Shown here: piece after piece, positions 34,944-47,200 of the stretch
Numbering within the stretch: position 1 is the stretch's first letter
How the letters are laid out: each line of letters starts with the position of its first letter
Source: Ascoidea asiatica JCM 7603
Lineage: Eukaryota; Fungi; Ascomycota
DNA length: 64,000 nt
NCBI GenBank assembly: GCA_001600695.1
Contig: BCKQ01000002.1
Span: 951,184-1,015,183 of the forward strand
Direction of reading: 5' to 3'
Translations under genes and position numbers: made by a program
The notes under the pieces: generated by a model
What the model saw: only the letters and a program-made list of their open reading frames with translations
Told to the model about the DNA's origin: nothing
Databases searched by the model: none

Positions 34944-36743
34944 TCAGTCATCAAGAAAAACTTCACCATTATTATATGTCTCAATTGTTTCAACAATTTG
35001 ATTCAAAAAATCTGAATTACTTTTTAAATCCCAACCTAATCTTCTTGAAATTCTTAATATTTTTAAATTTGGAAATCGAAATTCTAATAACGCTAATAAT
35101 AAATCTTCAATTTTAATTTTATTGAATTGTCCCAATAATCCACTACTTGTAATATAAAATTCTTTAAGTAATCTATGAGAATTTACTTTAATTTCATTAT
35201 CTTTATCATCTTTGAAAATTTTGAATATATTATTTTCATATTTTTTTTTATTTTTTTTATTAGTACTATTATTATTATTACTATTATTATTAATATTAGA
35301 AAATTTTGAAATTATTGGTAAATTATAATCATTAAATATATCATTAGTTATGAAATCATCACTGACTTCAAATTTTATTAAGTTTGGGCACATTTTAAAA
35401 ATAACATCCATAGAATTTCTACTTAATTTAACATTAGGATATAATATTGTCAAATTTTTTAGATAATTTCCAAATTTATTATTACTTAAAAATTTATAAA
35501 TTCCATAATTACTTAAATTTGAACAAAATTGTAATTGAATTTTTTTTAATTTCTTACTTATTCCATGTTGGATTATATCTTCATTATTTTCATTATTTTC
35601 TTGTTCCTCTGTATTTTCAATATTATCTTTTTCTTCATTTAAACTTATTAAAATTTCATCTGTAATTCCTCCACTTAGATATAAATCTTCTAATTTTTCA
35701 AATCTTAATTGATTTCCAATTTTAATTATTTCTGTTTTTTCTTGCTCATTTCCATAAATTTCATTAATTGAACTTCTAGGAAATCTTAATTCAATTAAAT
35801 TTTTTAATTTACTTATACATCCTATGAATTCTTTTAAATTAACAGCATCTAAAATCAAACTCAAATCTAATTTCTTTAGATTTAAACAATTTCTTAAACT
35901 TAATAACCCCATCAATCCAATTCTCATTTGTGGTAATTTTAATTCAATTAAATTAACTTGTGTTCTTTTTAAAATTTTTCCAATATTACTACTTTTAATA
36001 ATTGAATTTAATCTACTTAAATCTAAATATTCAATTAAATCTCCTCTTGTATTTTTTATCTTTCTTTTATTATTATAATTATTAGAATTATTATAATAAT
36101 TTCTAAAATTATCAACTTCAAGATATAATAATGGTGAATTATTATCAATTATTGACTCAAGAAATTTAAACAAATTTTTATTTGTTAAATATGGTGTTTT
36201 ATAAAACTTTGATAAAAAAACTTTATAGAAAATCTTTGAAAGTAATAAATATTCAACTGAGAGTTTTTTTGTCAATATTAAAATTTTTATAATTATATCA
36301 ACAGGTAACTTTAAAAATTCACTTTTTTCTTTATTATTATTTTCTAGGTCATTTTCTTCATCATTTTCTTCATTATAAATAATATTTCCATTTTGATCTA
36401 TCTTAAATTTATAATAATTAGGTCCATATAATATTGATGCAAATACATCTGTTTTTTGAAATTGAGAATATTTCCAAATATATGAATATGATTTACAATT
36501 TCCATTAAATTTATTCTCTTTCAATAATGGAATTATTTTACTTTTAGATTCTCTAAATTGATTCACCAAATTAATTTCATTATTCAAAATTTCATTTTTA
36601 TTACTATTCTCATTAGAATAATTAAATGTATAAAAATTATCATTATCTTGTTCTTTCGAACTTCTATTGTCCTTTATTATACCATTAGGTCCATATCGCC
36701 TATAAGGCAACCTTGCCTTTTTTTCTCTTCGTTTATTAACCAC
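34944..36743 (-). CDS. F-box/leucine-rich-repeat protein, orthologue of S. cerevisiae YDR306C; apparent GTG start
   Basis: F-box LPVDIIIKIL; KFYKTPYLTNKN, LDLSLILDAVNLKE, FPRSSI, LSGGITDE, SSGLLG...KI..EDL and RLGWDLKS match YDR306C. The N-terminus (GTG)VNKRREKKARLPYRRY matches MANKSRPKKIKAPYRKY. Confidence 0.88.
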   Translation of the reverse strand: MVNKRREKKARLPYRRYGPNGIIKDNRSSKEQDNDNFYTFNYSNENSNKNEILNNEINLVNQFRESKSKIIPLLKENKFNGNCKSYSYIWKYSQFQKTDVFASILYGPNYYKFKIDQNGNIIYNEENDEENDLENNNKEKSEFLKLPVDIIIKILILTKKLSVEYLLLSKIFYKVFLSKFYKTPYLTNKNLFKFLESIIDNNSPLLYLEVDNFRNYYNNSNNYNNKRKIKNTRGDLIEYLDLSRLNSIIKSSNIGKILKRTQVNLIELKLPQMRIGLMGLLSLRNCLNLKKLDLSLILDAVNLKEFIGCISKLKNLIELRFPRSSINEIYGNEQEKTEIIKIGNQLRFEKLEDLYLSGGITDEILISLNEEKDNIENTEEQENNENNEDIIQHGISKKLKKIQLQFCSNLSNYGIYKFLSNNKFGNYLKNLTILYPNVKLSRNSMDVIFKMCPNLIKFEVSDDFITNDIFNDYNLPIISKFSNINNNSNNNNSTNKKNKKKYENNIFKIFKDDKDNEIKVNSHRLLKEFYITSSGLLGQFNKIKIEDLLLALLEFRFPNLKILRISRRLGWDLKSNSDFLNQIVETIETYNNGEVFLDD

Positions 36744-36950
36744 TTTGAAAAATGCCTAAATCACCTTTAATAGATATAATATCAATATATTAACCAGTGT
36801 AATAATAATATATTCAAAAGCTCAAAAGAAAAAAAAAATTTTTATTTTGTTCAATAAATAATCAACTATTCTACTTTACATATCTTATTTTTGCTTTTTA
36901 TATTCTTAAAGTACCGGTACTTTTATTATATTTTAATCGATTAGTAATTA

Positions 36951-36957
36951 CGGGTAA
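36951..36957. promoter_or_regulatory. Reb1-type site (CGGGTAA) about 210 bp upstream of the F-box gene, near poly(A) tracts
   Basis: Exact TTACCCG consensus on the minus strand. Further copies at 4691 and about 18919. Confidence 0.45.
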
Positions 36958-37692
36958 GCTAAGAAAAGAAAATTAGCACCGAATCTGGTTAAAACTATCC
37001 CGCGGAAGAAACATTCAGAACCCATTCATTCCTCCATACAAGTGCAATATTTAATATTATCAATATTTACTACAGTAGTCAAAATTCAATAATTCTATTA
37101 AAAAGATCTAATATAAAAATCGTTTATTTATCCTAATTACTATAAAAATTTAACAAAACTAAAAACAAAATTGGTCAGAAAAACATCCATAACAAACAGT
37201 AAAGGTCTGAAAAAAGATTGGCTTTTTAGTAAGCTTAACGAATGGCTGCGAAGAATATACAAAAACTAAACATCAATTGAAAAAAAAAGCTAAAAACAAG
37301 TGAATAAGTGAATGAATGAATGAATAAATAATTAACGAAAGAAACCGAGAATTAAACAATTAGCTAACAAACAAAAAAGTAATCGAAAGAAAAAAATAAA
37401 AAAATAAAATAATAATAACAATAATACATTAAAGAAATGAGAGATAAGTAATAATTTAATCAAAAAATGAGAGTCTTTATAGATAAGTTTTTTTTCGTTA
37501 TTTCAAAAAATAGAGATATGACATAAAAAAATCATTTCAAAAGAAAAAAAAAACAAAACAATGATAATTAACTTTAGGAATAACTGAAAATAATAACAAT
37601 ACCCAAACTTGAGAAAAAATATTGACTTTTTAAAAATTCTGTTCTATATTTTAGTATTTCATAAGAATTTTTGGTATATTCCAAGGGGTGTC

Positions 37693-39363
37693 TTAAAATC
37701 CTCTTTCGCTTATACTATTGAGTCTTTTTCTGTCAAAAGGTTGCTTGAATAAAACAGTTGGTGATTCTTGTATCTTTTCTCTAGAACTGCTTGAATTAGA
37801 AAATGAATAAGTAGATGGATTAACAGAAGTTGGAGAGGGAAGTTCAGATGAACTACCGGGGGACCTAAAGTAGTAAGAGTCTATTCCTAAACTACTTTGA
37901 CCAGTTGAAACTGAGCCAAATGATTGCTGACTTATAGCAGAATTTCGAGCATTTGATTTATAAGAATCTTTAGCATATTCTACTGGTAGATTATTGTTGT
38001 TATTTCCACCAACTTTTTTCTCAAATTCTTCATCTTTATATTTATAATATTTGATAGATTGTTTGATATTAGATTGAAAAGAATTCATAGAGTTCATTGA
38101 ATTTTGCGCTTGATGATGTGGAAATTTAGAATTAGAGTTGATGTTAGGATTAGATATTGTAACAGCTGGTGGAGAAAATACTTTTGAATTTAATGTATTT
38201 TCATTTGGAATCAAAAGTTCTTGACTCTTAAAAGCTTCTTTGAGTAATGGCGTTGAAAGAGAATCCGAAATTGAATGACTATAAATTCTACTACTATGAT
38301 TAGAATTATTTTTTGGGCCCATTGCATCAGTAAACCATGTCTTTGAAGCAGGTGACGACCAATCTTTCAGATTCAACATTTTTGCTGAATTATCATCATT
38401 AGTTATGGTTTGTAATGATTCATTGATATTTTTGTAATTTTTCAGAGATAAAGAATGAATATTTTTTCCAAGAAATTTTGGAGGAATTGGAGGAGGAAAA
38501 GATGGAGGTGGAGCAGCCATATAAGGCATTGAGGTTGATTTTGATAAAGGTCTTCCCCGATGTAGCGGGCTACCATTTTTAGAGGATGAATTAGAATAAT
38601 GACTACTTGATATTGATGATCTGGATTTTTCATTTGAATGAGGACTTTCAGAAAATAAAGAATCTGTTTTTGAATTGGTAGAATTAGTTGAACTAGTAGA
38701 ATTAAGAGTAGATGAAGATGGAGTTGCTTTTTCATGTTTTACAATCAACTGATTCTTAAGAGCGTTCATTCTTGAAGTTTCTCCTGGAAAATTGATATAT
38801 GGTAAGCTAGATCTTGAATTTGACATTTGTTGATAATTTATGGGAAGCGGTTTGGATTTATTAGCTGCAAAACCTAGATCTTGACTTGGATTTTGTCTTA
38901 AATGTCTTTGAGTAGGATTGTGACTTGGAGTTGGTGGGTTGCTTTGACCAACCAGATTGGAAAACCCCGGAGTATGACCATTCATATGATAAACATGATT
39001 AAAATTGAAAGGATTTGAAATACTTCTAGAATGTTTATCACTACCGAATGTATTAATAGATGATGAAGATATTTTTTTCAGTAATGTTTTTCTTCTATTT
39101 TTTTTATTGAATATATTTAAAATTTTTGATGATTCATCTTTTTCTTTTGATTTTGAAAATGATAAAGAATTATGTTTTTTACTTTTTCTTCTTGTTCTTG
39201 TTGAATATAAATTTTCAGATTCATTTTCAGAATCTGAAGAATCATTGAAATCCAAAAAGGAATCCTCGAACAGTAAAGGATCATAACTTTTTGGAATTTG
39301 ATTGTTACGACTTGATGTTTGTTGAGACATCGAAAAATTTTGGTTAATGATTTGATTTCCCAT
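37693..39363 (-). CDS. GIC2: CRIB-domain Cdc42 effector, Gic1/Gic2-like
   Basis: Polybasic stretch followed by the CRIB motif ISNPFNFNHVYHM; no kinase domain. It lies between the YDR306C and PIB1 (YDR313C) orthologues, as GIC2 (YDR309C) does. Confidence 0.7.
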   Translation of the reverse strand: MGNQIINQNFSMSQQTSSRNNQIPKSYDPLLFEDSFLDFNDSSDSENESENLYSTRTRRKSKKHNSLSFSKSKEKDESSKILNIFNKKNRRKTLLKKISSSSINTFGSDKHSRSISNPFNFNHVYHMNGHTPGFSNLVGQSNPPTPSHNPTQRHLRQNPSQDLGFAANKSKPLPINYQQMSNSRSSLPYINFPGETSRMNALKNQLIVKHEKATPSSSTLNSTSSTNSTNSKTDSLFSESPHSNEKSRSSISSSHYSNSSSKNGSPLHRGRPLSKSTSMPYMAAPPPSFPPPIPPKFLGKNIHSLSLKNYKNINESLQTITNDDNSAKMLNLKDWSSPASKTWFTDAMGPKNNSNHSSRIYSHSISDSLSTPLLKEAFKSQELLIPNENTLNSKVFSPPAVTISNPNINSNSKFPHHQAQNSMNSMNSFQSNIKQSIKYYKYKDEEFEKKVGGNNNNNLPVEYAKDSYKSNARNSAISQQSFGSVSTGQSSLGIDSYYFRSPGSSSELPSPTSVNPSTYSFSNSSSSREKIQESPTVLFKQPFDRKRLNSISERGF

Positions 39364-42300
39364 TGGTTTATTATAGAATATATTAAAAGATTAATTGAGT
39401 AAGACTATCAAAGTAAATGACTCAAGATTTTTAATTGAAAGTTGATTATATATTTTCTATAATGAATTCATAAAAATTGAGTTGAAAATATTTTGTTTGA
39501 TACCTATTGGTTTAAAATTTTTGAAATAGAAATTATTGAAATTATAAATAAAATTGAAATTAATAATTATGATAATAATAATAATAAAAATGTAAACTTG
39601 TATGATAGTAAATCTTTTATAAGAGTAAAATATTTGTTAATATCTGATAAAGCTATGGGGGGTCAAAAAATAAAAAAGGAGAAAAAAATAAGTAAAGAAG
39701 AATTTGTTCACTTATAAATGATAAAGAAGTTGAGATTGAAAATAATAATGATAATAATAAGTGAGTAATTTAAATCAACTAATAAGATGCAGTAGTTCAA
39801 ATTCAAACTGAAAATTAAATTAAAATTTAAATTTAAATTTTAAGGAAAATGTGAACGTAAATGATACTTTTAAATGCCCTTTATAGATTATAAATTTAGA
39901 TAATTATAAAAACTGGCTTAATATAAAGAATTATAAAATAATACAATTGTACCTGAATATTATCTCGAATGAATATGGCTTCGAAAGCTTTGAAAAAATA
40001 TAGTAATGATAAAACGACAAATTTTTAGATGAATAAATTTTTTATGATTTTCTTTCAATACTAATTGTACTGCTGTAGTAATATTAAATATTAGATGAAT
40101 TGATTCTACTTTGTGACAATTAATAGAAATAATGATTAGATAATAATTGAAAAATAATTGGAAAAATGAGGATAAATTATTAATATGATAGAATATAAAT
40201 AATAAAATTATTATATTATAATATTAATTGAATGAAATAAGGAATGTTATAAATTTGAGATGGAAAATATAAAAAATAAAGAGACAAAATTATATTGTAT
40301 TAATAGTATTAGTTAAATAACTTGTCAAGAAGGAAAATTCAAATGAAGGTTTTTGAACTGAATGGATTGTATGTAAGATAGTTGAATAGGGCTATTTAAT
40401 TAATTTTGAATTTTTTGAGTCTTTTAAATCTTTTAAGTCTTCAAAAGTTTTAAAAATTTTAACAAATTTAAAAGTATTGAAAATATTGAAAGTTTTGAAA
40501 AATTTGAAAGGTTTAGAGTATAAAATTCAAAGTTTATAATACAATGTTAATAGAAATTTAAATTTTAATATTGAATTTTAATTTTTTGATTTAATTTTGA
40601 ATATGATAACAATTTCAAGCCTTTTAGTAAAATTTCAGTGAAGATCTTTACTAAATTGATTAAATGAATTTGATTTTTATTCGATTGATTAAGTTTTTAA
40701 GTATTAAATAAAGAGAGAAGGTGAAAGTAAAAGTAAAAGTAAAAGTACAATTTGTTGTAGGAAGAATGTTAATGAAATTTTAAAATTAAAATTAAAATTA
40801 ATTTTTAGTTTTATTTTATTAAATGAAAATAAAAATCAGAGGAATTTAAACAATTTTATATTATCTTTTGATTGAATTATTTATTTATTTTACTTATTCC
40901 AAAATTAAAAATGAATTTTATTTTTTTCTTGAAATAATTGATAATTTACTTTTGGTAATATTAGTCAAAATAATAAGTAATAATAAAGAATGATGAGGAT
41001 GGTGATGAGTCGAAATTTTTAGTAAGTTTAAAAGAGAAAAAAAAGATGATGTAAATAAATTGAAGGTGATTTTTTTCAATTATTCTTAAACTCGTATTTG
41101 AAATTATATTTTTTAATTGAATCTTTTAATGGAATTTAATGAAGAAAATGATATGACTTGTTGAAAATATTTTATTGGCTTATTTTTTTGATAATAAATT
41201 TATGAAAATAATAAAGTACTTTAATATTGTAATATTTTAAAGGCAATAGAGATTTGATAATGATAGTATTATTGTAACTTGAACACTCTTTTTTGTTGTT
41301 AAGTAATATTGAATGTTTCCAAAATGATTATTTAAATACTTATTCAAAAAAATATTTATTAAAATTTTATGAGAATATTTAATAGAATATGTATTTTATA
41401 TGTTATGAAGAGGTAAGTGTTGAATAAATGAAAGTTTGGTAAAACTTCTTATTTTTATAAAAAAATAAGTTATAAAGGCTCTAACTTGCAAAGTTAGATA
41501 TCTTGAAAGTTGTAACGTTAAAGAAATGAACTTTTTGAAATAAGTTGTAACTTGCAAGTTGCAACTGGAAATTGACAATTTGAATTGTATTTTTACATCT
41601 TTTACACCTTTTACATCTTTTATACAGCGAGAAGTGTAAAAACTGTAAGGTTACACCTGAGAAAATAGCGTTACTGGTGTGAGTTCTGTGTTTTTATTCA
41701 GTTTTACGTGAGTGGATTGTATTTGTTGCAAGTGAATTTTGTGATTTTTACGCGTAATCAGATTAATCTAGGTGGATAAATAAGTAAGTTTAGCAAGCTG
41801 CAATGGAACAGCCTATCTCAAAACAGAAATGTAATGAAAGTTTTACTTTTTGAATATCCAGTGCTAGCTGCAATCGATAACAATAACAATCAGCGCAACA
41901 ACAGTTAATTGTCAGTAACATTACTAACCCTACCATAGAAAATCTGGATAATCTCATATCATTCACTGCAATGATGAATTGGTTTTAAATTGAATTATTC
42001 AAATATAATTTATATTCATTTCGATACATTTCAAAGTACACAGAAAACTATTCTAAAGTATTAATACTACAAGAACAATAATTAGTTCTGGCTAGGCTAA
42101 TAATTTTACTGGAAATATTTCACCATGTTTCAAATTTATACACTTCATTTTGTTGTGCAGTTTTCTCTTATGGATCAATCCTTCAGTTTTCAAGGATACA
42201 ATTTTTACTCCGGATTTTAAAAATTTGAATTTTCTTTTTTGGGTTTTATCAGGAAATCTCTAGGATTAAGTAGTAAAACAGAAGCAGAAGCAGCAGGAAG

Positions 42301-44806
42301 AAGAACAGCACGAATGTTAGTACTTCTCCAGTTACAGGAACTGGAGAAACTGGAGACACTGAGTTGTAGAAGCAAGTTCAGCACCACCACAACCACTAGC
42401 CTCTTTGGCTTTTGTGTCTGTGTTTCCCATTGCAAGGTATCAGCGTGAGACAAACCAACAGCGCTGGTTGGGAGTGCTCTGCGCAATTTTGCCATTCATC
42501 TGTGACACACGTAGCCTCGCTGCTCGCTTTTACTGCGCGCCCCAAAATGGAAAGTTTGAACAGCTTGGACTGTGCTGGTGTGCTTAGAGGCAAAAAAAAA
42601 TGCTATACGGTAGGGGTGGCAGCATACAGCCAATAAACGATCTTTAAATGTCCTAAATTACCTGGTATGACTTCTTTTGAGCAAGGCTTGGCCTGCGCTC
42701 CCTTCCCAAACCCCTGTTTATACTTTGTGTTTGAGGCTGTTGATTTCCAAAGTTACACCCTTTGATTGGCTATATTTTTTTCCTAACTGCGAACTGCGTT
42801 TGTAATTTGCCACTTTTCCAGCCTCTTTTCTGCTTTCGGTCGGCCTTAGGAAATGAATGTCCCACATACTTTGAACAGTGGCCTAATTTTATTGTCCTAT
42901 GTCCCTTTTATTAAGGTTTAAACTGTATACATAGACGGAATCCAACTGGCTTTTATCCATTATTTTGGTCCATACTGCACCGTTACAATGAGCGTAAATA
43001 ATTTTTAGTGTTGCCGCTTGCGATTCAAACAGAAAATAAAATCTGTTAAAGTTATAAATCTGTTCAAATCTAACTTATTTAAATTTATTGAGTTTTTATT
43101 GAAGTCAAATATTCCTTTTAGTCTAAAGTATTATCTCTTTCATTTAAATAAATGTCTCGATGAAAATATTTTAATTTGAGAAGTCGAAAATGTCTCTCAA
43201 GAAAGAGTCATATAAATTTTCAGAAAAATACCTTATTTTTCAAATATTTTAAAACATTAACTCAAAAAAAAGACAAGTTTTTAAATCATTTACAACCATT
43301 ATGTTAAATTATTATTGTCAAAATATCCATGAAATAAAATTACTGATAATAAGTCGCTCAATTCGACTATTTCGAGAAAAAAAGGAAAAATAAAAAAAAC
43401 CAGGATTGAGATTGAAGTCAACACTTATCCACTTTGATTAAAGATTTATCTTTCGGTGATCAATTCGATTATTTCAAATCGTAATTCAAAATAAATGATA
43501 ATTTGTACAAAAGAACATAATTAACCGCTAATTTACTTGTCAGGTTTGAGAAAAAACAATCTAAAAAACAATTTTAAAAAGGGAGAAAAAACCAATCAAT
43601 CTCTTCAAGATGAAAATAGATATACCAAATTCAAGACAGGGAAAAAAAAACTTTACGGCATTTTTTTTAGGCCAATTTTATAAAACAGTAAGACACTCTT
43701 ATTTTTTTAATTGGTTTATAATTAAAGGGTTTATTTTATTTTCTTCTTTTTCCTCCAAGATAATCAATTTATATAGTTTTATCTTTATATTAATCTCGTA
43801 TCTGCTTATGCTAAGCAGCTTATTTTTAACAATTTATTGTTTCCTCAAATATCTATAAATTTGAAATGAAAATATTAAACTTTTACCGGAAATCAGACAA
43901 TTCATTTGAAGAATCAATAGCAAATCACCTATTCAAAATTAACTAATAAGAATTTAACAATGCTATATTGTTATCTTACTCCTCTTTTTCTCATCTACTT
44001 TTAATCATCAATTATCAAACTTTTTTGATTGATATATACAATTCCCAATAATTTCACTGGATTGTTGGATAATTTACTATTATCTATTAATATATGAGCC
44101 TTTATCAATCCTTTTATAATAATTTGAATATTTCAGTTATTTTATCAGATATGAAAATTTACATTATTAATATTCCCTAAGATGAGTTACTATTGTATCA
44201 AAAACTAGTTTTAGAAGAGAATTTTAATAAATATTCACAAATTGTAAAAATTTAATATGGCTAATATGAGACCAATTATACGGTATTTCTACTCCTAGTA
44301 CTTAAGATTTTCAATATTTGCTTCTCTCATAAATTCACTTCATTCACTTTAATTATTCAATGAAACAATGAAAAAAAAAAATAATACAAATATTAAATTT
44401 ATCTAGGATTCATATCTTATTTTTTTATTGATTCTAGTAGCCAGTCTAGTATTGATTTATTAATTAATCTTTTGCTTTTATTGATTTTTTTTCTTTGATT
44501 TTTTCTTAAAAATGTATCAAGATTTGAAATAACCTTAAGTCAATATGTACGTATACTTTCAAATACTAGTATTACTTATCAATATTATATTATAAATTAT
44601 AGATAAAAAAATCGTCAATCAAGTTATTTAATTTGGTGTTATTATTAGTACTGTTTAACATAATATTGAACTATTTTTGGTAAGTTTTATTATATTTTTC
44701 TTAAAGAACTAAATTCAAAAAAAAAAAAAGAGAAATTATTTTACAAAGTAGCCGCCAGTGTATTTTTTCTTTCAGAATTGAAGAAGTCAAAAATATCATA
44801 ATAATA

Positions 44807-46102
44807 ATGCAAAATTTAGAATATTTAATGACTAATGACTCCTCGATTAATTATTTCAATAATTCAATAATTTCAGCAAAAAAAAATGAAAATATTATAA
44901 TTTTAGAGAAAAAAGATCAATCTTTAAATGATGTTACTTCTTCTACAATTTCATCAATTGCTTCAAAAATAACTTTATCAATTCCAAGTACTGTAACAAC
45001 AAAAACTTCTGATACTGAAACTTCAAATGATGAAAACTCAAATAATAAACTAAATTCTTGGGAAACTTGTATGAATAGTAAAGGTTGTACAGCTATTTCT
45101 TGGATTGCAATAACAATAGCCTCAATCGCTTTTACAATTGCAATATTTTTATTGATTAGACATTTAATTGGTAAAAAGGGAAATATAGAAACTCAATTTA
45201 ATACATCAAAAGTTTTATTAAGTGATTCAGAAAATCGTAAAACTATTAGCTTTTATTCTAATAAACAAAATAGTAATTATGCAAATTTTCATATCTCCAA
45301 TAATTTCAGGAAAGAAGTAGAGACTGAAAAAAATTTCAAGCAAGATTCTTATCATCATCATGACAATAATGACAATAATAATTTCAGACCGTTTTCTATA
45401 GGAAATAATAGAATAACTTCTAATAACTATGCAAATCAAAGTAAAAGAAATAGTTTCAAGAAGGGAGATTCTTCTAAAGATCCCAAGAAACAAGTGACAA
45501 GTGAAGAAAAATCATTAAAATCCAATAAGTTTCCTTTATATGATTTTACTGAAATTGATATTGATGATTTGTCTGTATATGATTTAAGTGAGAAAAAAAA
45601 GCATGCAAATTTTAGTAATTATAGTTATGAACACAATCAAAACTATCAGAGTATTCCGAAAAAGAATAAAGAAAAAAGAGAGAAAAATGACAGTTACAAA
45701 GTTGAAAAAAATGATAAAAAAGATAAATACAATAATAGAGGTAATGGCTATAGTAATAGAAGAAGTTTGTATGGATCGGTTATTCTTCCACCTTCCACTT
45801 ATCTTCCAGATTCAATGACTCCTAGACGTGATTATCAAAAAATTCCAAATCTTTATTATACAGAGGTTAAAGAAATTGATACAGAAACAAATGCTAAAAG
45901 TGATAATGATTTAGATGATAATCATTCATTGACTGAAATTATTTCAGAAAAAGTTTCAATTGCTAGAAAAAAAAGCATAAGGAAAAGTTTTGATTTAACA
46001 GTTTGGCATAAAAATCCTGAATTTATGCCCGAAAACATAGGTGATAATCCCTTTAGAATGATATATCAACCTATTGAGGCTGCAAAGAAAAGAAGTTCCT
46101 GA
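44807..46102 (+). CDS. PIN2: Pin2-like single-pass membrane protein
   Basis: SWETCMNSKGC immediately before one TM helix (compare Pin2 SWDTCMDNKACKIIAIVGIV); C-terminal IYQPI. Confidence 0.6.
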   Translation: MQNLEYLMTNDSSINYFNNSIISAKKNENIIILEKKDQSLNDVTSSTISSIASKITLSIPSTVTTKTSDTETSNDENSNNKLNSWETCMNSKGCTAISWIAITIASIAFTIAIFLLIRHLIGKKGNIETQFNTSKVLLSDSENRKTISFYSNKQNSNYANFHISNNFRKEVETEKNFKQDSYHHHDNNDNNNFRPFSIGNNRITSNNYANQSKRNSFKKGDSSKDPKKQVTSEEKSLKSNKFPLYDFTEIDIDDLSVYDLSEKKKHANFSNYSYEHNQNYQSIPKKNKEKREKNDSYKVEKNDKKDKYNNRGNGYSNRRSLYGSVILPPSTYLPDSMTPRRDYQKIPNLYYTEVKEIDTETNAKSDNDLDDNHSLTEIISEKVSIARKKSIRKSFDLTVWHKNPEFMPENIGDNPFRMIYQPIEAAKKRSS

Positions 46103-47200
46103 TACCAAAAAAAAAAAAAATTGAAGGAATACTTGATCTCTTTCACCTCAAATTTTTTTCATAAGAAAATACATGCTTGGCATGTTTTTTTTTCTGTGTT
46201 TTTATTTAAGTTCCATTAGTTTATTCAATTTTTTTTTTCGGCTTTTAACAAGACTTTTGTTGGAGGAGTTTTATTTTTTATTGCGTTTTTTCTTTTAATT
46301 TTACCTCATTGGCTGCAAAAGGATTAATTACAGACTATTTTACTAACAAACACTACCATATTTGGAAAAGTATTTTCTTATTTCCTGATCTAGTTGTTGA
46401 TCCTTTTGGGTCTTTTTATTTTTTTTTTTAAAATCTGCTCATCTTCAATTCTGATCTCTCTAATCCTTCAAACTTTTAGTCTGTCTTCTTGGATGAATAA
46501 AGGACTTTACATATTTAGCAATAAAAAAATTAGCATAATGATACCAAGTCAACCTTAGATGATACTTTGCAAAAGCCAGAAGAGCCGTAAAGCTGGTCTC
46601 TTTTCTTACTTGAGTGGTACGGATACAACGGAATAAGTAATACGGAAACAGAAAAATACCTGGTACGGAATTTGATTTTGGAGCGAATCGGATAAGCCAG
46701 TTTTAACGGTATGGGAAGCTTAGGGTTAAAGTCTGTAAAACTCCGTGCAGGGCAAACACAGGCCATGTCTATGTATGATATGGGTAAAATATTTAACTTT
46801 ATCGCATGACAAGCACTTTTAGATCATTGTTTGGTCTTATGATAGACTTTTATTCTATTAAATTTGCAGTTTGTAAATTGATTGTAGATTCATTATATTA
46901 TTGTTATTAATTTTTAGGAATAATATTCCCAGATATCCTTTTTATATTTCTTTTATTCTCATCTTTTTTTTTTTTAAGTGTTTGAAAACTTTTAGCTATT
47001 ACTAATCCATTTTAAATCAAGAAACAATCAATTTACTATATAAGGTTTAATTAGGTACTAAGATCGATAAGGAGTTATCATTTAACTCATTAATATAGAT
47101 AATACTAAATATATAATAGTTATCCAAAAAATCCTTGAAAAAAAGTCTTATAGCCAACAAAGATACCAAAAAGAATAAAATAAGAAAAAGAAATATCCAT

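Noticed and set aside
42217-42636. Five overlapping short ORFs in the GC-richer island (similar sets at 23430-24428 and 56268-56702)
   Set aside because: Expected where GC rises and stops thin out; no motifs, and codon usage is unlike the real genes. No LTR or transposase signature was seen.
46341-46347. TACTAAC downstream of the PIN2-like stop
   Set aside because: No canonical donor upstream; isolated heptamers are expected in AT-rich DNA.
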